Origin: Psychrobacter sp. DM4
GTDB taxonomy: Bacteria > Pseudomonadota > Gammaproteobacteria > Pseudomonadales > Moraxellaceae
Length of the DNA: 32,000 nt
Assembly: GCF_051307035.1 (NCBI RefSeq)
Contig: NZ_CP195536.1
Location: 390,001-422,000, forward strand
Direction: 5' to 3'
Positions 15,102 to 25,170 of this stretch are shown piece by piece. The notes beneath the pieces were generated by a model that did not search any database, was not told the DNA's origin, and was given only the letters and a program-made list of their open reading frames with translations. The position numbers and the translations under genes are program-made. Position 1 is the first letter of the stretch, and every line of letters starts with the position of its first letter.

Positions 15102-17321
15102 TTATAACGAGGCTATAGCATCGTTAAAGGTATGGCTTGGGCGCATAATTTGTTCGGCAAGCGCTTCATCTGCCAAATAATACCCATCAATATCGACAGA
15201 TTTACCTTGAGCGTCATTGAGCTCTTTAATGATAGTCTCTTCGCTATTCTCAAGCGTCTTAGCAAGCTCAGAAAATTGCGCTCTAAGATCACAGTCTTTA
15301 TCTTGAGCGGCAAGCTCTTCGGCCCAGTACATCGCCAAGTAAAAATGACTACCGCGATTATCAAGCTCGCCGGTTTTGCGTGACGGTGATTTATCATTTA
15401 AGAGTAGTTTTTCAGTCGCCTTATCGAGCGTATCTGCCAATATCTGTGCTTTGGTATTGTCATCATTTTTGGCGAGATGCTCTAAAGACTCAGTCAAGGC
15501 CAAAAACTCACCTAATGAATCCCAACGTAGATGATTCTCCTCGACAAGCTGCTGAACATGCTTGGGCGCAGAACCGCCAGCACCCGTCTCGAATAAACCA
15601 CCACCTTTCATGAGCGGCACAACCGACAGCATTTTGGCACTGGTGCCAAGCTCTAAGATAGGGAACAGGTCAGTCAGATAATCTCTCAAAATATTACCAG
15701 TAGCCGAGATAGTATCCAGACCACGAGCAACACGCTCTAGGGTATAACGCATCGCACGAACTTGTGACATAATCTCGATGTGCAGTCCATCAGTATCATG
15801 ATCTTTTAGATACATATTGACTTTTTTGATGAGCTCATTCTCATGCGGACGATAAGGGTCCAACCAAAAAATAACGGGTGTATCTGATTCGCGCGCGCGG
15901 CGTACAGCAAGCTTGACCCAATCTTGGATAGGCTCATCCTTTACCTGACACATGCGCCAAATATCACCTTTTTCGACGCGCTGTTCCATTAACACCTCAT
16001 CGGTTTCTTCATCGACAATACGCGCTATACCCGAGTCGCTGGCCTCAAAAGTCTTGTCATGTGAGCCATACTCTTCGGCTTTTTGTGCCATAAGACCGAC
16101 GTTTGGCACGGTACCCATAGTCGTCGGATCAAAGTTGCCATGCCACTTACAGAAGTTAATCATCTCTTGGTAGATACGCGCAAAGGTAGACTCAGGCATA
16201 ACCGCTTTACAGTCATACATTTTGCCATCAGCGCCCCACATTTTGCCCCCTGAGCGGATCATCGCAGGCATTGAAGCATCGACGATAACATCACTTGGTG
16301 AGTGAAAGTTGGTAATGCCTTTGGCAGAGTCGACCATCGCTAAGCGGGGACGATGCACTTGGCAGGCGTGTAAGTCGCGCTCAATCTCTTCACGCATTGA
16401 GGCGGGCAGTTCCTCGATTTTATCATATAGCGAGGCCATACCATTATTGACATTGACACCCAACTCTTCAAAGAGTGCACCATGCTTTTGAAAAGCATCT
16501 TTATAATAAGTTCTGACAGCATGACCAAAGACGATAGGGTGTGAGACTTTCATCATCGTCGCTTTTACATGCAGTGAAAACAAGATACCTGCTTCGCGGC
16601 AGTCCTCCATCTCATTTTCATAGAACTCAAGTAGTGCCTCTTTACTCATGAACATCAAATCGATGACTTCTTTGTCCTGCAATGCGATACCTGTTTTGAA
16701 GATATTAACAGTGCCATCATCCGTGATGCGCTCCATACGGACACTACGCGCTTTATCTAGCGTCATAGACTGCTCACCAGCATAAAAATCACCGCTATGC
16801 ATGTGCGAGACGTGCGTTTGTGACCATTGCTTCCACTCGCCCATAGAATGCGGATGCTTGCGGGCGTAGTTCTTGACCGCTTTTGGTGCACGGCGATCAG
16901 AGTTACCTTCACGTAGTACTGGGTTGACCGAACTCCCTAAACTCTTGCCATAGCGTTTACGCAGCGCTTCTTCTTCCTCTGTTTGCGGATCGTCAGGGAA
17001 ATCAGGTATCGCGTAGCCTTTACCTTGTAGCTCTTTGATGGCCGCTTTTAGCTGTTGCACAGAGGCGCTAATATTGGGCAGTTTAATGATATTGGCATTG
17101 GGGTCTTGAGTCAGACGACCTAGCTCGGCTAAATTATTAGGAACGCGCTGCGTCTCCTCAAGATATTCAGGGAACTCGGCTAGTATTCGTGCTGCTACAG
17201 AGATATCGCTAGTCTCAACATCGATGCCAGCGGTTTTGGTAAAAGCCTCGACAATAGGCAAAAAAGATAAGGTGGCAAGCGCTGGGGCTTCGTCGGTTTT
17301 TGTATATATAATTTTTGACAT
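15102..17321 (-). CDS. icd: Monomeric NADP-dependent isocitrate dehydrogenase
   Basis: The 739 aa length is typical of the monomeric IDH class. The N-terminus [24 protein letters not shown] is characteristic of that class. Confidence 0.93.
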   Translation of the reverse strand: MSKIIYTKTDEAPALATLSFLPIVEAFTKTAGIDVETSDISVAARILAEFPEYLEETQRVPNNLAELGRLTQDPNANIIKLPNISASVQQLKAAIKELQGKGYAIPDFPDDPQTEEEEALRKRYGKSLGSSVNPVLREGNSDRRAPKAVKNYARKHPHSMGEWKQWSQTHVSHMHSGDFYAGEQSMTLDKARSVRMERITDDGTVNIFKTGIALQDKEVIDLMFMSKEALLEFYENEMEDCREAGILFSLHVKATMMKVSHPIVFGHAVRTYYKDAFQKHGALFEELGVNVNNGMASLYDKIEELPASMREEIERDLHACQVHRPRLAMVDSAKGITNFHSPSDVIVDASMPAMIRSGGKMWGADGKMYDCKAVMPESTFARIYQEMINFCKWHGNFDPTTMGTVPNVGLMAQKAEEYGSHDKTFEASDSGIARIVDEETDEVLMEQRVEKGDIWRMCQVKDEPIQDWVKLAVRRARESDTPVIFWLDPYRPHENELIKKVNMYLKDHDTDGLHIEIMSQVRAMRYTLERVARGLDTISATGNILRDYLTDLFPILELGTSAKMLSVVPLMKGGGLFETGAGGSAPKHVQQLVEENHLRWDSLGEFLALTESLEHLAKNDDNTKAQILADTLDKATEKLLLNDKSPSRKTGELDNRGSHFYLAMYWAEELAAQDKDCDLRAQFSELAKTLENSEETIIKELNDAQGKSVDIDGYYLADEALAEQIMRPSHTFNDAIASL

Positions 17322-17917
17322 TTTAGTATGCTATTCCTTTAGGTTATAGTTGCATTTAAGGGTTATAACGATTATTAATATTTGTGATAGCGGTTCAATC
17401 AAATCCGACATAGAAGTGAGTATAAAAGGTAAAAGGGTATTATTGCATTCAATAGAATGATGGTTTAACTATATCATCTAACGGCCCAAAAAGTGAACTG
17501 ATGACAGCAATTTGTAAGAAAATCACCGTAAATTCGATACGATGTCAACCTTGGATGATGAACTCAACATACTATTTCATCAATAGTGACGATATGCTTA
17601 TTATCTAAGGGTGATAGTGACGGTATTTTACCAGCGATTAAAACGAATATCACCCACGTTAAAGGGTAGTGAGCCATTGTGAGGCATTAGCAGAGACTAA
17701 GTTTAGCGCAACATTGATGTAAAAGTAGCCTTAAACATATTGGGTGACCGACAGGATTCTTTATTACAGATTTAGTAGCTACATTTGCAAATTGTGACAG
17801 CAAACCGATATAAATTTGCTAGGCTAGTGGCTGGACTTATCGCATGATGTCTAAGCGATTCATAATGATTGAATCAAACCGTAAATTGAGCCAATAATAA
17901 CAGCGATTGTGAGACTT

Positions 17918-19267
17918 ATGAATCTAGAGTACGCGCTACTAAACGATACCGACTGGCAAGATGATACCAAGTGGCAAACGCCCGATACCCCTTTTATGTC
18001 CTTTGCGTTTTGGCAAGCCTTAACGGAGACGGGCGCTATTGGTGAGCAAGCAGGGTGGCTGCCGATATTTATTGTGGTGCACCAAGTAGCAGATCAGCCG
18101 ATAGATCCCGATGTAGAAGCGCTGATAACGCAGCCTGTGGCGGTGCTCCCTGTATTTATAAAAGGTCATCATCGCGGTGAGTTCGTCTTTGATTATGCGT
18201 GGGCAGAGGCTTATGCGCGCTACGGTGTCGATTATTATCCACGTCTTGTCACTAGTGTGCCGTATACCCCTATTACCGGTCAGCGTCTGTGGTTAGCAGA
18301 GGGCGAAACGTTGACCGATGATATTATAAAAACCGCTATCGCAGGCGTTGATGACATTGCCCAGCAAGTAGGCGCGTCGAGCTGGCATGGTCTATTTGTG
18401 ACGCCTGAGCTGGCAGATGTTGCCACTACTGCTATGCCTAGCGATGTCGATGTAGAGTTTGCACTAGCAGCGCAAGAGATGGGCGCTGAGCCGACGATTA
18501 TAGAGATGCCAATCCTTGAGCGTCAAGGCTGTCAGTTCTTGTGGCAAAATAAAGATCTGCTTAAAGATGAGCAGCCTTTTGCTAATTTTGAAGGATTTTT
18601 GGCAACGCTTAGAGCCAAAAAGCGCAAGACCATTCGCGCTGAGCGCCGTAAAGTCGCCGCTCAAGATATCAAATGTGCACGTAAATGCGGCGATGACATT
18701 ACCGATAGTGACTGGAAAGCCTTTTATCATTGTTATGTGATGACCTACGCGGTGCGCGGGCAACAGCCCTATCTCACGCTAGACTTTTTTATGCGTCTTG
18801 CCAAAACCATGTCTGAGCATCTAATGCTAGCGCTCGCTTACGATAGCGCCAACGATAACGATAGTGAGATTATCGCTTGTAGTCTATTCTTATATGACAA
18901 ACCTGACAGCGAGAACGCCACGTTGTACGGTCGCTATTGGGGCGCGCTTGCCGATTATGATAGCTTGCATTTTGAGCTGTGCTATTACCAAGGGCTTGAA
19001 TTTGCGATTGAGCAAGGTCTGATGTATTTCGATCCTGGTACGCAAGGCGAGCACAAGCTTATCCGCGGCTTTATCCCAACCAAGACTCACTCTATACATC
19101 GTATCTATGATCCGCGTTTTGTCCCTGCAATTAGCAATTTTTGTACTGAGGATCGTATGAGAATGGCGCAGTATCGACAGCAAGCGTTTGAGTCCTTGCC
19201 ATTCAATGAAGACAATATGCCCAAATTTAATGATGAATCTGAAATAGACAGTGATAGCGACGTGTAA
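17918..19267 (+). CDS. DUF482 / COG3146 family protein (FemAB-like GNAT-fold acyltransferase superfamily)
   Basis: The ORF track starts at GTG 17909; I prefer the in-frame ATG at 17918 (MNLEYALL...). The N-terminal FMSFAFWQALTETGAIGEQAGW and the C-terminal half resemble the DUF482 family as I recall it. The family call was not verified by a search. Confidence 0.7.
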   Translation: MNLEYALLNDTDWQDDTKWQTPDTPFMSFAFWQALTETGAIGEQAGWLPIFIVVHQVADQPIDPDVEALITQPVAVLPVFIKGHHRGEFVFDYAWAEAYARYGVDYYPRLVTSVPYTPITGQRLWLAEGETLTDDIIKTAIAGVDDIAQQVGASSWHGLFVTPELADVATTAMPSDVDVEFALAAQEMGAEPTIIEMPILERQGCQFLWQNKDLLKDEQPFANFEGFLATLRAKKRKTIRAERRKVAAQDIKCARKCGDDITDSDWKAFYHCYVMTYAVRGQQPYLTLDFFMRLAKTMSEHLMLALAYDSANDNDSEIIACSLFLYDKPDSENATLYGRYWGALADYDSLHFELCYYQGLEFAIEQGLMYFDPGTQGEHKLIRGFIPTKTHSIHRIYDPRFVPAISNFCTEDRMRMAQYRQQAFESLPFNEDNMPKFNDESEIDSDSDV

Positions 19268-19283
19268 GGATTATGCTGTAGCA

Positions 19284-19775
19284 ATGTCAAACACTCAATT
19301 ATCTCATGCATCCAAATCACCGCCGTTCGAGCTTATCCCGTGGCTTGATGCCAAAGGCTCTCTGACCGCAATGCTAGAGACTAAAGCGGGTCAGCCCCTG
19401 CGTGTAGAGCGCCACTTTGAAGGATACAAGCTATTATCGTTAGCGCAAAAAACTCATCTAGGCGTTACAGGCACAGCGCTCAATCGACCACTGCTGGCAT
19501 GGGTACGTGAAGTGCACCTATACGGTAACGATGAGCGACCTTGGGTATGGGCGCAAAGCCTCTTTCCGCTACCAAGTCTGAAAGGTAACGCACGACGCTT
19601 GCAACATCTAAAGGGCATCCCAATCGGTTATGTACTGTTCAAACGCCGCCGTACATTGCCAAGTCAGCGTTTTATCTCTTGTACGCCTAAAGGCTGGCAA
19701 CGGCAAACGCGCTATGACTGGTATGGGCGCAAACTATTGATTAGTGAAACATTCTTATCTAATTTCGGGTATTAG
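19284..19775 (+). CDS. ubiC: Chorismate pyruvate-lyase UbiC
   Basis: The ORF is collinear with E. coli UbiC (WxRExxLxxxxxPWxxAxxxxP...L...PIGxxLF...LLxSExFL). I chose the start at ATG 19284 (MSNTQLSH...). The track start at 19251 would overlap the preceding gene. Confidence 0.75.
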   Translation: MSNTQLSHASKSPPFELIPWLDAKGSLTAMLETKAGQPLRVERHFEGYKLLSLAQKTHLGVTGTALNRPLLAWVREVHLYGNDERPWVWAQSLFPLPSLKGNARRLQHLKGIPIGYVLFKRRRTLPSQRFISCTPKGWQRQTRYDWYGRKLLISETFLSNFGY

Positions 19776-19868
19776 AAAATACTTGTCTAGTAAGTAGATA
19801 CTATGTTAATATTCTGTAACCAAAATTTAGTTCATTCTTTCACTATCATTGATATATGAGATTTGATC

Positions 19869-20327
19869 ATGAATTCATCTAGTCCCTCAACATTCTTACC
19901 CAAACTATTGAGCATCATTGGCTTATTTGCCAGTACCGCTGTTCTATCCCAAGCGGCCAACGCAGGATTCTTTGATAGCATTTACGATGTGCAAAAAGCG
20001 GTGAGCTCTATTGGACAAACTGCTGATACGTTCCGTGGTAGTAAACAGGCGGTGACGAATTTGGGTGAAGAGGTTGGTCTAGTATCGCCAAATGATATGA
20101 ACAATCAAGCAGACGGCGTCAAAATTATTGAAGGAACTCTGTTAGAGGGCAAGCTTAAGAATACCTCACTGTACACGCAAGCAGACAAGAACTCGATGCA
20201 GGTCAATAGCTTGTCTCAGCAAGATACCATTATCTATATGGGTCGCGAGCAAAACGGTTATTATTACGTCCAAACTGATAAAGGGGAGGGCTGGGTATCT
20301 AAGCCACTAGTCGCACTAAGATACTAG
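19869..20327 (+). CDS. Secreted small protein with C-terminal SH3b-like domain
   Basis: A signal peptide is present (LLSIIGLFASTAVLSQAANA). The C-terminal YYYVQTDKGEGWVSKPLV pattern is typical of bacterial SH3 domains. ATG 19869 is preferred over TTG 19863. Confidence 0.55.
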   Translation: MNSSSPSTFLPKLLSIIGLFASTAVLSQAANAGFFDSIYDVQKAVSSIGQTADTFRGSKQAVTNLGEEVGLVSPNDMNNQADGVKIIEGTLLEGKLKNTSLYTQADKNSMQVNSLSQQDTIIYMGREQNGYYYVQTDKGEGWVSKPLVALRY

Positions 20328-20353
20328 TCCATATCTTTACTAAATAGTTTTAC

Positions 20354-20387
20354 CAAAAAAACAGTCTCTTCAAGTGGCTGTTTTTTT
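20354..20387 (+). terminator. Probable intrinsic terminator after the SH3b gene
   Basis: aaaaaaacagtc ... ggctgttttttt forms a short GC core of 5 bp including one G-U. It is extended by A/T-run pairing and followed by a T-run. Confidence 0.5.
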
Positions 20388-20635
20388 GTTTTAGCGTAAG
20401 GCGTTCTCGGCCGCGTTATTCTCTAAACCATTCAGCCTAAGCTGAGGTTTTTTGCGCTCATAAAGTCATATTTCATGTTAGACTCAGCTTATGGCAGAAT
20501 TTAAGCGGGAGTAGACCCTTAATATTCTTGCTGAGTATTACCTATCCATGAGTTCGCTCATAAGAATTATTCTTAGTGCATTACCCTGTTTCTAATAACG
20601 CTAGTTTTACAAAACCAATAATATAGGACGCCCTT

Positions 20636-21889
20636 ATGTTTAAAGACATCTCTATCAAAGACTTCGATCCAAAACTTGCCGATGCTATGGCATCTGAAAG
20701 CAAGCGCCAAGAAAGCCATATCGAGCTTATCGCCTCAGAGAATTACTGCTCGCAAGCGGTGATGGAGGCGCAAGGCTCAGACCTCACTAACAAATACGCG
20801 GAAGGCTATCCAGGTAAGCGCTACTACGGCGGCTGTGAGTATGTCGATATCATCGAGCAGCTCGCTATCGACCGCGCCAAAGAGCTATTTGGCGCAGAAT
20901 ACGTCAACGTTCAGCCGCATTCGGGTAGTCAAGCCAACTCGGCTGTCTTTTTGGCGCTGTTAGAAGCCAATGATACGGTACTTGGTATGAGTCTTGATGC
21001 CGGTGGTCACTTGACGCATGGCGCGCATATCAACTTCTCAGGCATTAACTACAATGCGGTGCAATACGGCCTCAACGAAGCAGGCGAGATCGATTACGAT
21101 CAAGTCGACAGCCTAGCGCGCGAGCACAAGCCCAAAATGATTATTGCTGGTTTCTCAGCGTATTCGCAAGTGGTCGATTGGCAGCGTTTTCGCGATATCG
21201 CAGACGAAGTAGGCGCCTACTTTTTAGTTGATATGGCGCATATCGCAGGTCTCGCTGCTGCTGGCTCGTATCCAAGCCCCGTACCGTTCGCTGATGTCGT
21301 GACCAGCACCACGCACAAAACCCTACGTGGTCCGCGCTCAGGCATTATCTTATCTCGTGATGATAAGCTTGCCAAAAAACTCAATTCGGCTGTCTTCCCA
21401 GGCAACCAAGGTGGTCCACTCATGCATGCCATCGCGGGTAAAGCGGTGTGCTTTAAAGAAGCATTAGAGGACAACTTCAAAACGTATCAAGAGCAAGTGG
21501 TCAAAAATGCCAAAGCAATGGCGAAAGTCATCATCGATCGCGGTTATGAAATCATCTCAGGCGGTACTGAAAACCATCTGATGCTTATCAGCCTCGTCAA
21601 GCAAGAAATGACGGGTAAAGAAGCCGATGCATGGCTTGGCGATGCTTTTATCACCGTCAACAAAAACGCGGTGCCAAATGATCCAAAATCACCGTTTGTG
21701 ACTTCAGGTATTCGTATCGGTACGCCCGCCGTAACCACGCGCGGTTTTGATGAAGCGGACGTCAAAGAGCTAGCCGGCTGGATGTGCGACGTACTCGATA
21801 GCCGTGGCGACAAAAAAGTGATCGCTGATACCCGTGAAAAGGTCAAAGCTATCTGCGCGAAAAAGCCTGTTTATGCGAAAAACCAGTAA
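20636..21889 (+). CDS. glyA: Serine hydroxymethyltransferase GlyA
   Basis: The 417 aa ORF has canonical SHMT motifs: [25 protein letters not shown], and the PLP-lysine region [14 protein letters not shown]. Confidence 0.95.
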   Translation: MFKDISIKDFDPKLADAMASESKRQESHIELIASENYCSQAVMEAQGSDLTNKYAEGYPGKRYYGGCEYVDIIEQLAIDRAKELFGAEYVNVQPHSGSQANSAVFLALLEANDTVLGMSLDAGGHLTHGAHINFSGINYNAVQYGLNEAGEIDYDQVDSLAREHKPKMIIAGFSAYSQVVDWQRFRDIADEVGAYFLVDMAHIAGLAAAGSYPSPVPFADVVTSTTHKTLRGPRSGIILSRDDKLAKKLNSAVFPGNQGGPLMHAIAGKAVCFKEALEDNFKTYQEQVVKNAKAMAKVIIDRGYEIISGGTENHLMLISLVKQEMTGKEADAWLGDAFITVNKNAVPNDPKSPFVTSGIRIGTPAVTTRGFDEADVKELAGWMCDVLDSRGDKKVIADTREKVKAICAKKPVYAKNQ

Positions 21890-21904
21890 GTCTTTTGAAT
21901 GTGT

Positions 21905-21943
21905 AAAAAAGAACCGCTTAGCTTTGGCTTAGCGGTTTTTTTG
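21905..21943 (+). terminator. Intrinsic terminator of glyA
   Basis: The stem aaccgcttagc (21912-21922) / gcttagcggtt (21927-21937) has one internal mismatch. An A-run precedes it and a T-run follows. Confidence 0.75.
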
Positions 21944-22298
21944 TTATTACTGTTTATGTATATTAGAGTAGTAAAAGTCAACTTATAATAATTCTATAAC
22001 TATATTATCGAGATATATCTAGATCTTTAGTCCATATTATGAATATTTATCAACATTATTTTATAGTAACTATAGGATTACTTAGTTCCTAGCAACAATT
22101 TTAAGAAGCTAAGCTAATATTTAACTCGTCGAAATATATGAAATTTTTGTTTATTCGACTGTATTAGTATATAGTCAGCAGTGATAATTCAGTAATAATA
22201 ATAGTACAAAGTGTAGTATATTCTTACCTATTTAGTGTTGATATCGCTAAAATGGTTCAAATATTTACTAGGAAGTTACTTTCTTTAAGGGGATCTTT

Positions 22299-23855
22299 AT
22301 GAGAAAACAATCATTAGTCGCAATGGTGCTATTACTCAGCGCCAGTCTTGCCCAAGCAGCTGAGCAGTCAGCTTTAGAGGCTGAACAATCAGGTTTAGCG
22401 GCGTTTGGCGCAGGTCTTGATGGGTTTATGGGCAGTGCATTTGGCTGGTTTGTAGATCTTATCTTCTATTCAGTGCCACTTGGCGATGTCAGCTTTCCAC
22501 TCATTGTCGGTTGGTTGTTAGTTGCAGCACTCATATTTACTTTCTACTTTGGATTTATTCAGTTTCGTCTTATAGGGTTATCTCTGGATATTGTCAGAGG
22601 TAAATATACCAATCCCAATCCCGCTGTCAAAGAAGAAGGTGAAGTTAGCCATTTCCAAGCTTTAGCCACGGCTCTATCAGGTACGGTTGGTCTTGGTAAT
22701 ATTGCAGGTGTGGGTGCAGCACTCGCTATTGGTGGACCTGGTGCTACCTTTTGGATGATTATGGTTGGCCTGTTCGGCATGGCATCCAAGTTTGTAGAGT
22801 GTACGTTAGGTGTCAAATATCGTACGATACTGCCCTCTGGTGCCGTATCAGGTGGACCTATGTACTACTTGAGCCGCGGTATGGCTGAACGTGGTATGGG
22901 CGGATTTGGTAAGGTTTTAGCCGTTGGTTTTGCCCTCATGACTATATTAGCGACTTTTGGTGCTGGTAACATGTTTCAGGGTAACCAAGCCTTTGCAGTA
23001 ATGAGCTCTACTTTTTCTATTCCTACTGATTACAGTATATTCTTTGGTATTATCTTAGCGTTGTTAGTCGGCTCGGTCATCATCGGTGGTATGCCGCGCA
23101 TCGCAACCGTTACCGAAAAAGTCGTACCTTTTATGGCATTATTATATATCACTATGGCTGTAATCGTACTGGTTGCAAACTATAACCTTATTGGCGCGGC
23201 ATTTACAGAGATCTTCGTTGGTGCTTTCACTGGTGCTGGTGTTGCTGGTGGATTTATTGGTGCATTAATTCAAGGTTTAAAACGTGCGACTTTCTCTAAT
23301 GAAGCTGGTGTTGGTTCAGCGGCTATCGCTCACTCAGCGGTAAAAACAAATGAGCCTGCTACTGAAGGTTTAGTAGCCTTGCTAGAGCCGTTCATTGATA
23401 CGGTTATCATCTGTACTATGACAGCGCTCGTTATTACTATATCTGGGGTGAACACGGCCGCAAACTTGCAAACTCAAGCGATCACTGGTGTAGAGCTAAC
23501 CCGTGCCGCCTTTATGCAAACAGCGCCAATCTTCCAGTACTTCTTAGCAGTAGCTGTAATAATGTTCGCCTTTTCAACGATGATTTCATGGTCATATTAT
23601 GGTCTAAAAGCTTGGACTTACCTTTTCGGTGAAGGTAAAGCTGGCGAGATGATATACAAACTTATCTTTTTGGTCTTTGTTGTTATCGGTACTATCGTAC
23701 AGTTTAGCTTCGTTATCGACTTCTCAGATGCGGCTCTGTTCGCTATGGCTATCTTCAACATCATCGGTCTATACTTCTTAATGCCCGTTGTGAAAAAAGA
23801 GGTTCAATCTTTCGTTGCACGTGTGAAGAGTGGTGAAATTAAAAAGTACAAATAA
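22299..23855 (+). CDS. Alanine/glycine:cation symporter (AGCS family, sodium:alanine symporter)
   Basis: The 518 aa ORF is polytopic and carries the family motif GLGNIAGVGAALAIGGPGATFWM. Confidence 0.88.
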   Translation: MRKQSLVAMVLLLSASLAQAAEQSALEAEQSGLAAFGAGLDGFMGSAFGWFVDLIFYSVPLGDVSFPLIVGWLLVAALIFTFYFGFIQFRLIGLSLDIVRGKYTNPNPAVKEEGEVSHFQALATALSGTVGLGNIAGVGAALAIGGPGATFWMIMVGLFGMASKFVECTLGVKYRTILPSGAVSGGPMYYLSRGMAERGMGGFGKVLAVGFALMTILATFGAGNMFQGNQAFAVMSSTFSIPTDYSIFFGIILALLVGSVIIGGMPRIATVTEKVVPFMALLYITMAVIVLVANYNLIGAAFTEIFVGAFTGAGVAGGFIGALIQGLKRATFSNEAGVGSAAIAHSAVKTNEPATEGLVALLEPFIDTVIICTMTALVITISGVNTAANLQTQAITGVELTRAAFMQTAPIFQYFLAVAVIMFAFSTMISWSYYGLKAWTYLFGEGKAGEMIYKLIFLVFVVIGTIVQFSFVIDFSDAALFAMAIFNIIGLYFLMPVVKKEVQSFVARVKSGEIKKYK

Positions 23856-23892
23856 CGAGTTTGAATAATCTGTTATAACTTTATGATATAGA

Positions 23893-23926
23893 AAAGCCCA
23901 TCAAGAGTAGTCTTGGCGGGCTTTTT
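23893..23926. terminator. Bidirectional intrinsic terminator between the convergent symporter and barstar genes
   Basis: The stem aaagcccatcaaga (23893-23906) / tcttggcgggcttt (23911-23924) has a 2-nt internal bubble. T-runs are present on both strands. Confidence 0.7.
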
Positions 23927-24065
23927 GATGTTGATTACTTACTAGATATTTATTAAGCAGAGGCGTTATAGTTTGTGGGACGTAGAGATCAATAGAATGT
24001 TGTGACTTTAAAAACCACATTCAGTTTAATTGGATTAAACGGACTAAAAGCGATGACTACCTGTC

Positions 24066-24389
24066 CTATACTATTACCCACAACTGCGGCTTGCCAAAAT
24101 CTCTAAAAGCGTCCTCAATCATACTTTTAAAGCCGTTGAAATCTTCGGTATTAATCTTCTCTACCTCTGTCAAATCTAGCTTTAAATATTTGGCATCACT
24201 ATCCGTCAAGCAATCCCATGCGCTGTCCCAATTATGGGCAAAGTAATCAGGGAAGCTGAGCGCGATGCCTAACGCTGTTAATAATGCCTTTTTATCGAGC
24301 ACTTCCCCCATGATAATAGCGATAGCTTGCTTAGGTATAGAGCCATACTGAGCGTCGCTGTTGTCAATATAATAAATAGCCTGACTCAT
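24066..24389 (-). CDS. Barstar-family ribonuclease inhibitor
   Basis: The 107 aa ORF has the barstar signature FPDYFAHNWDSAWDCLTD. Its ATG lies 1 nt after the stop of the upstream ribonuclease gene (...AGATAAAATGAGT...). Confidence 0.85.
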   Translation of the reverse strand: MSQAIYYIDNSDAQYGSIPKQAIAIIMGEVLDKKALLTALGIALSFPDYFAHNWDSAWDCLTDSDAKYLKLDLTEVEKINTEDFNGFKSMIEDAFRDFGKPQLWVIV

Positions 24390-24390
24390 T

Positions 24391-25143
24391 TTATCTCACC
24401 TGTAATTGGCTAAAGCTGTCGTAGTGATCGACGGTTAAATAATAGACTGCTGGCGGATTGCCGCCAGTGACGATACGCCGCGCGCCGCGATGTGACACAC
24501 TAGGCGTGGGTACCGTATACTCGCGGTAGTAGCCACTGGGCTGCGCAGGTAAACGACCTTCACGATTATAAAACGTCGTGCCGTCTTTGGCAGGATGGGG
24601 GTAGGGGCCGCCACGCTTGATAAGTGCAATAGTATGATCAATTTGTACGTCACCAGTGATAACGTTTTGAGTGGCTGATTCTGATGACTGTGATGATTGC
24701 GATATTGTATTCGATTGAGCATCATCACCAAGAAACGTGGATGATAGGTCGCCAAAGAAATAAACCGCTAAGGCGATAATAGCGATGAGACTAAATAGAC
24801 GAGAGATAGGGCTGCTCTTTTTTTGGTTAATACGCCGCTGATTGTTATGGCTATTGCTGTTGTTGATATGGTTGTGACGGTTCTGATGAGGTGCGTTTTT
24901 AGCTAGTTGTGGTTGCAGCGTCTCTTGTAGGCTCAGTGAAGTAGAGGTTACCTCTGTGGCACGTAACTGGTTTTCGTCATTGCGCTCGCTATTGAAGTAG
25001 ACGCGCTGACCAATGCTGACAGGTTGAGACAAACGTACTCTAGTAATATGAAAAAACACATCCTCGCTTTGATCGTCTACATCGATAAAACCATAACCTT
25101 TATCCTCGTTCCAGTGCTTGATTTTACCACTTTGCATGAGCAC
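24391..25143 (-). CDS. Fusion protein: N-terminal cold-shock domain, one TM helix, C-terminal guanyl-specific ribonuclease (barnase / RNase Sa, N1/T1 superfamily)
   Basis: The CSD reads GKIKHWNEDKGYGFIDVDDQSEDVFFHITRV. The TM helix is LFSLIAIIALAVYFFG, preceded by RRINQKK. The C-terminus GGPYPHPAKDGTTFYNREGRLPAQPSGYYREYTVPTPSVSHRGARRIVTGG...VDHYDSF aligns with RNase Sa DGPFPYSQDGVVFQNRESVLPTQSYGYYHEYTVITPGARTRGTRRIICG...GDHYATF, including the catalytic Glu, Arg and His. Confidence 0.85.
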   Translation of the reverse strand: MLMQSGKIKHWNEDKGYGFIDVDDQSEDVFFHITRVRLSQPVSIGQRVYFNSERNDENQLRATEVTSTSLSLQETLQPQLAKNAPHQNRHNHINNSNSHNNQRRINQKKSSPISRLFSLIAIIALAVYFFGDLSSTFLGDDAQSNTISQSSQSSESATQNVITGDVQIDHTIALIKRGGPYPHPAKDGTTFYNREGRLPAQPSGYYREYTVPTPSVSHRGARRIVTGGNPPAVYYLTVDHYDSFSQLQVR

Positions 25144-25170
25144 GCTGTCCTATGGTTTTATGTTAAAGAT

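Noticed and set aside
15113-16528. Several 60-94 aa ORFs on both strands inside icd.
   Set aside because: They are nested in a 739 aa gene with an unmistakable monomeric IDH sequence. The alternative frames have no features.
17388-17410. A tRNA-like T-loop resemblance (gcggttcaatcaaatccg).
   Set aside because: No complementary 5-bp T-stem, acceptor stem or anticodon arm can be built around it.
19251-19283. The upstream ATG start for ubiC given by the ORF track, which overlaps the DUF482 gene by 17 nt.
   Set aside because: The extension (MIATCKDYAVA) has no counterpart in UbiC homologs as I recall them. ATG 19284 avoids the overlap, though the choice remains uncertain.
19284-20327. ubiC not followed by ubiA, as a possible sign of rearrangement or insertion of the SH3b gene.
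   Set aside because: There are no repeats, no mobility genes and no compositional break around the junction. ubiC-ubiA linkage is common but not universal, so this is not evidence of anything unusual without comparative data.
20401-20635. A possible ZTP or other riboswitch, or PurR/MetR boxes, upstream of glyA.
   Set aside because: I could not find the conserved ZTP (pfl) cores, a PurR-type ACGCAAACGTTTGCGT palindrome or a TGAA-N5-TTCA MetR site. Only the unrelated palindrome reported as a low-interest finding is present.
21944-22298. A possible glycine riboswitch ahead of the alanine/glycine symporter.
   Set aside because: The region is too AT-rich and lacks the conserved GGAGAG...CACCGAAGGGGCAA-type cores. 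No convincing tandem aptamer stems were seen.
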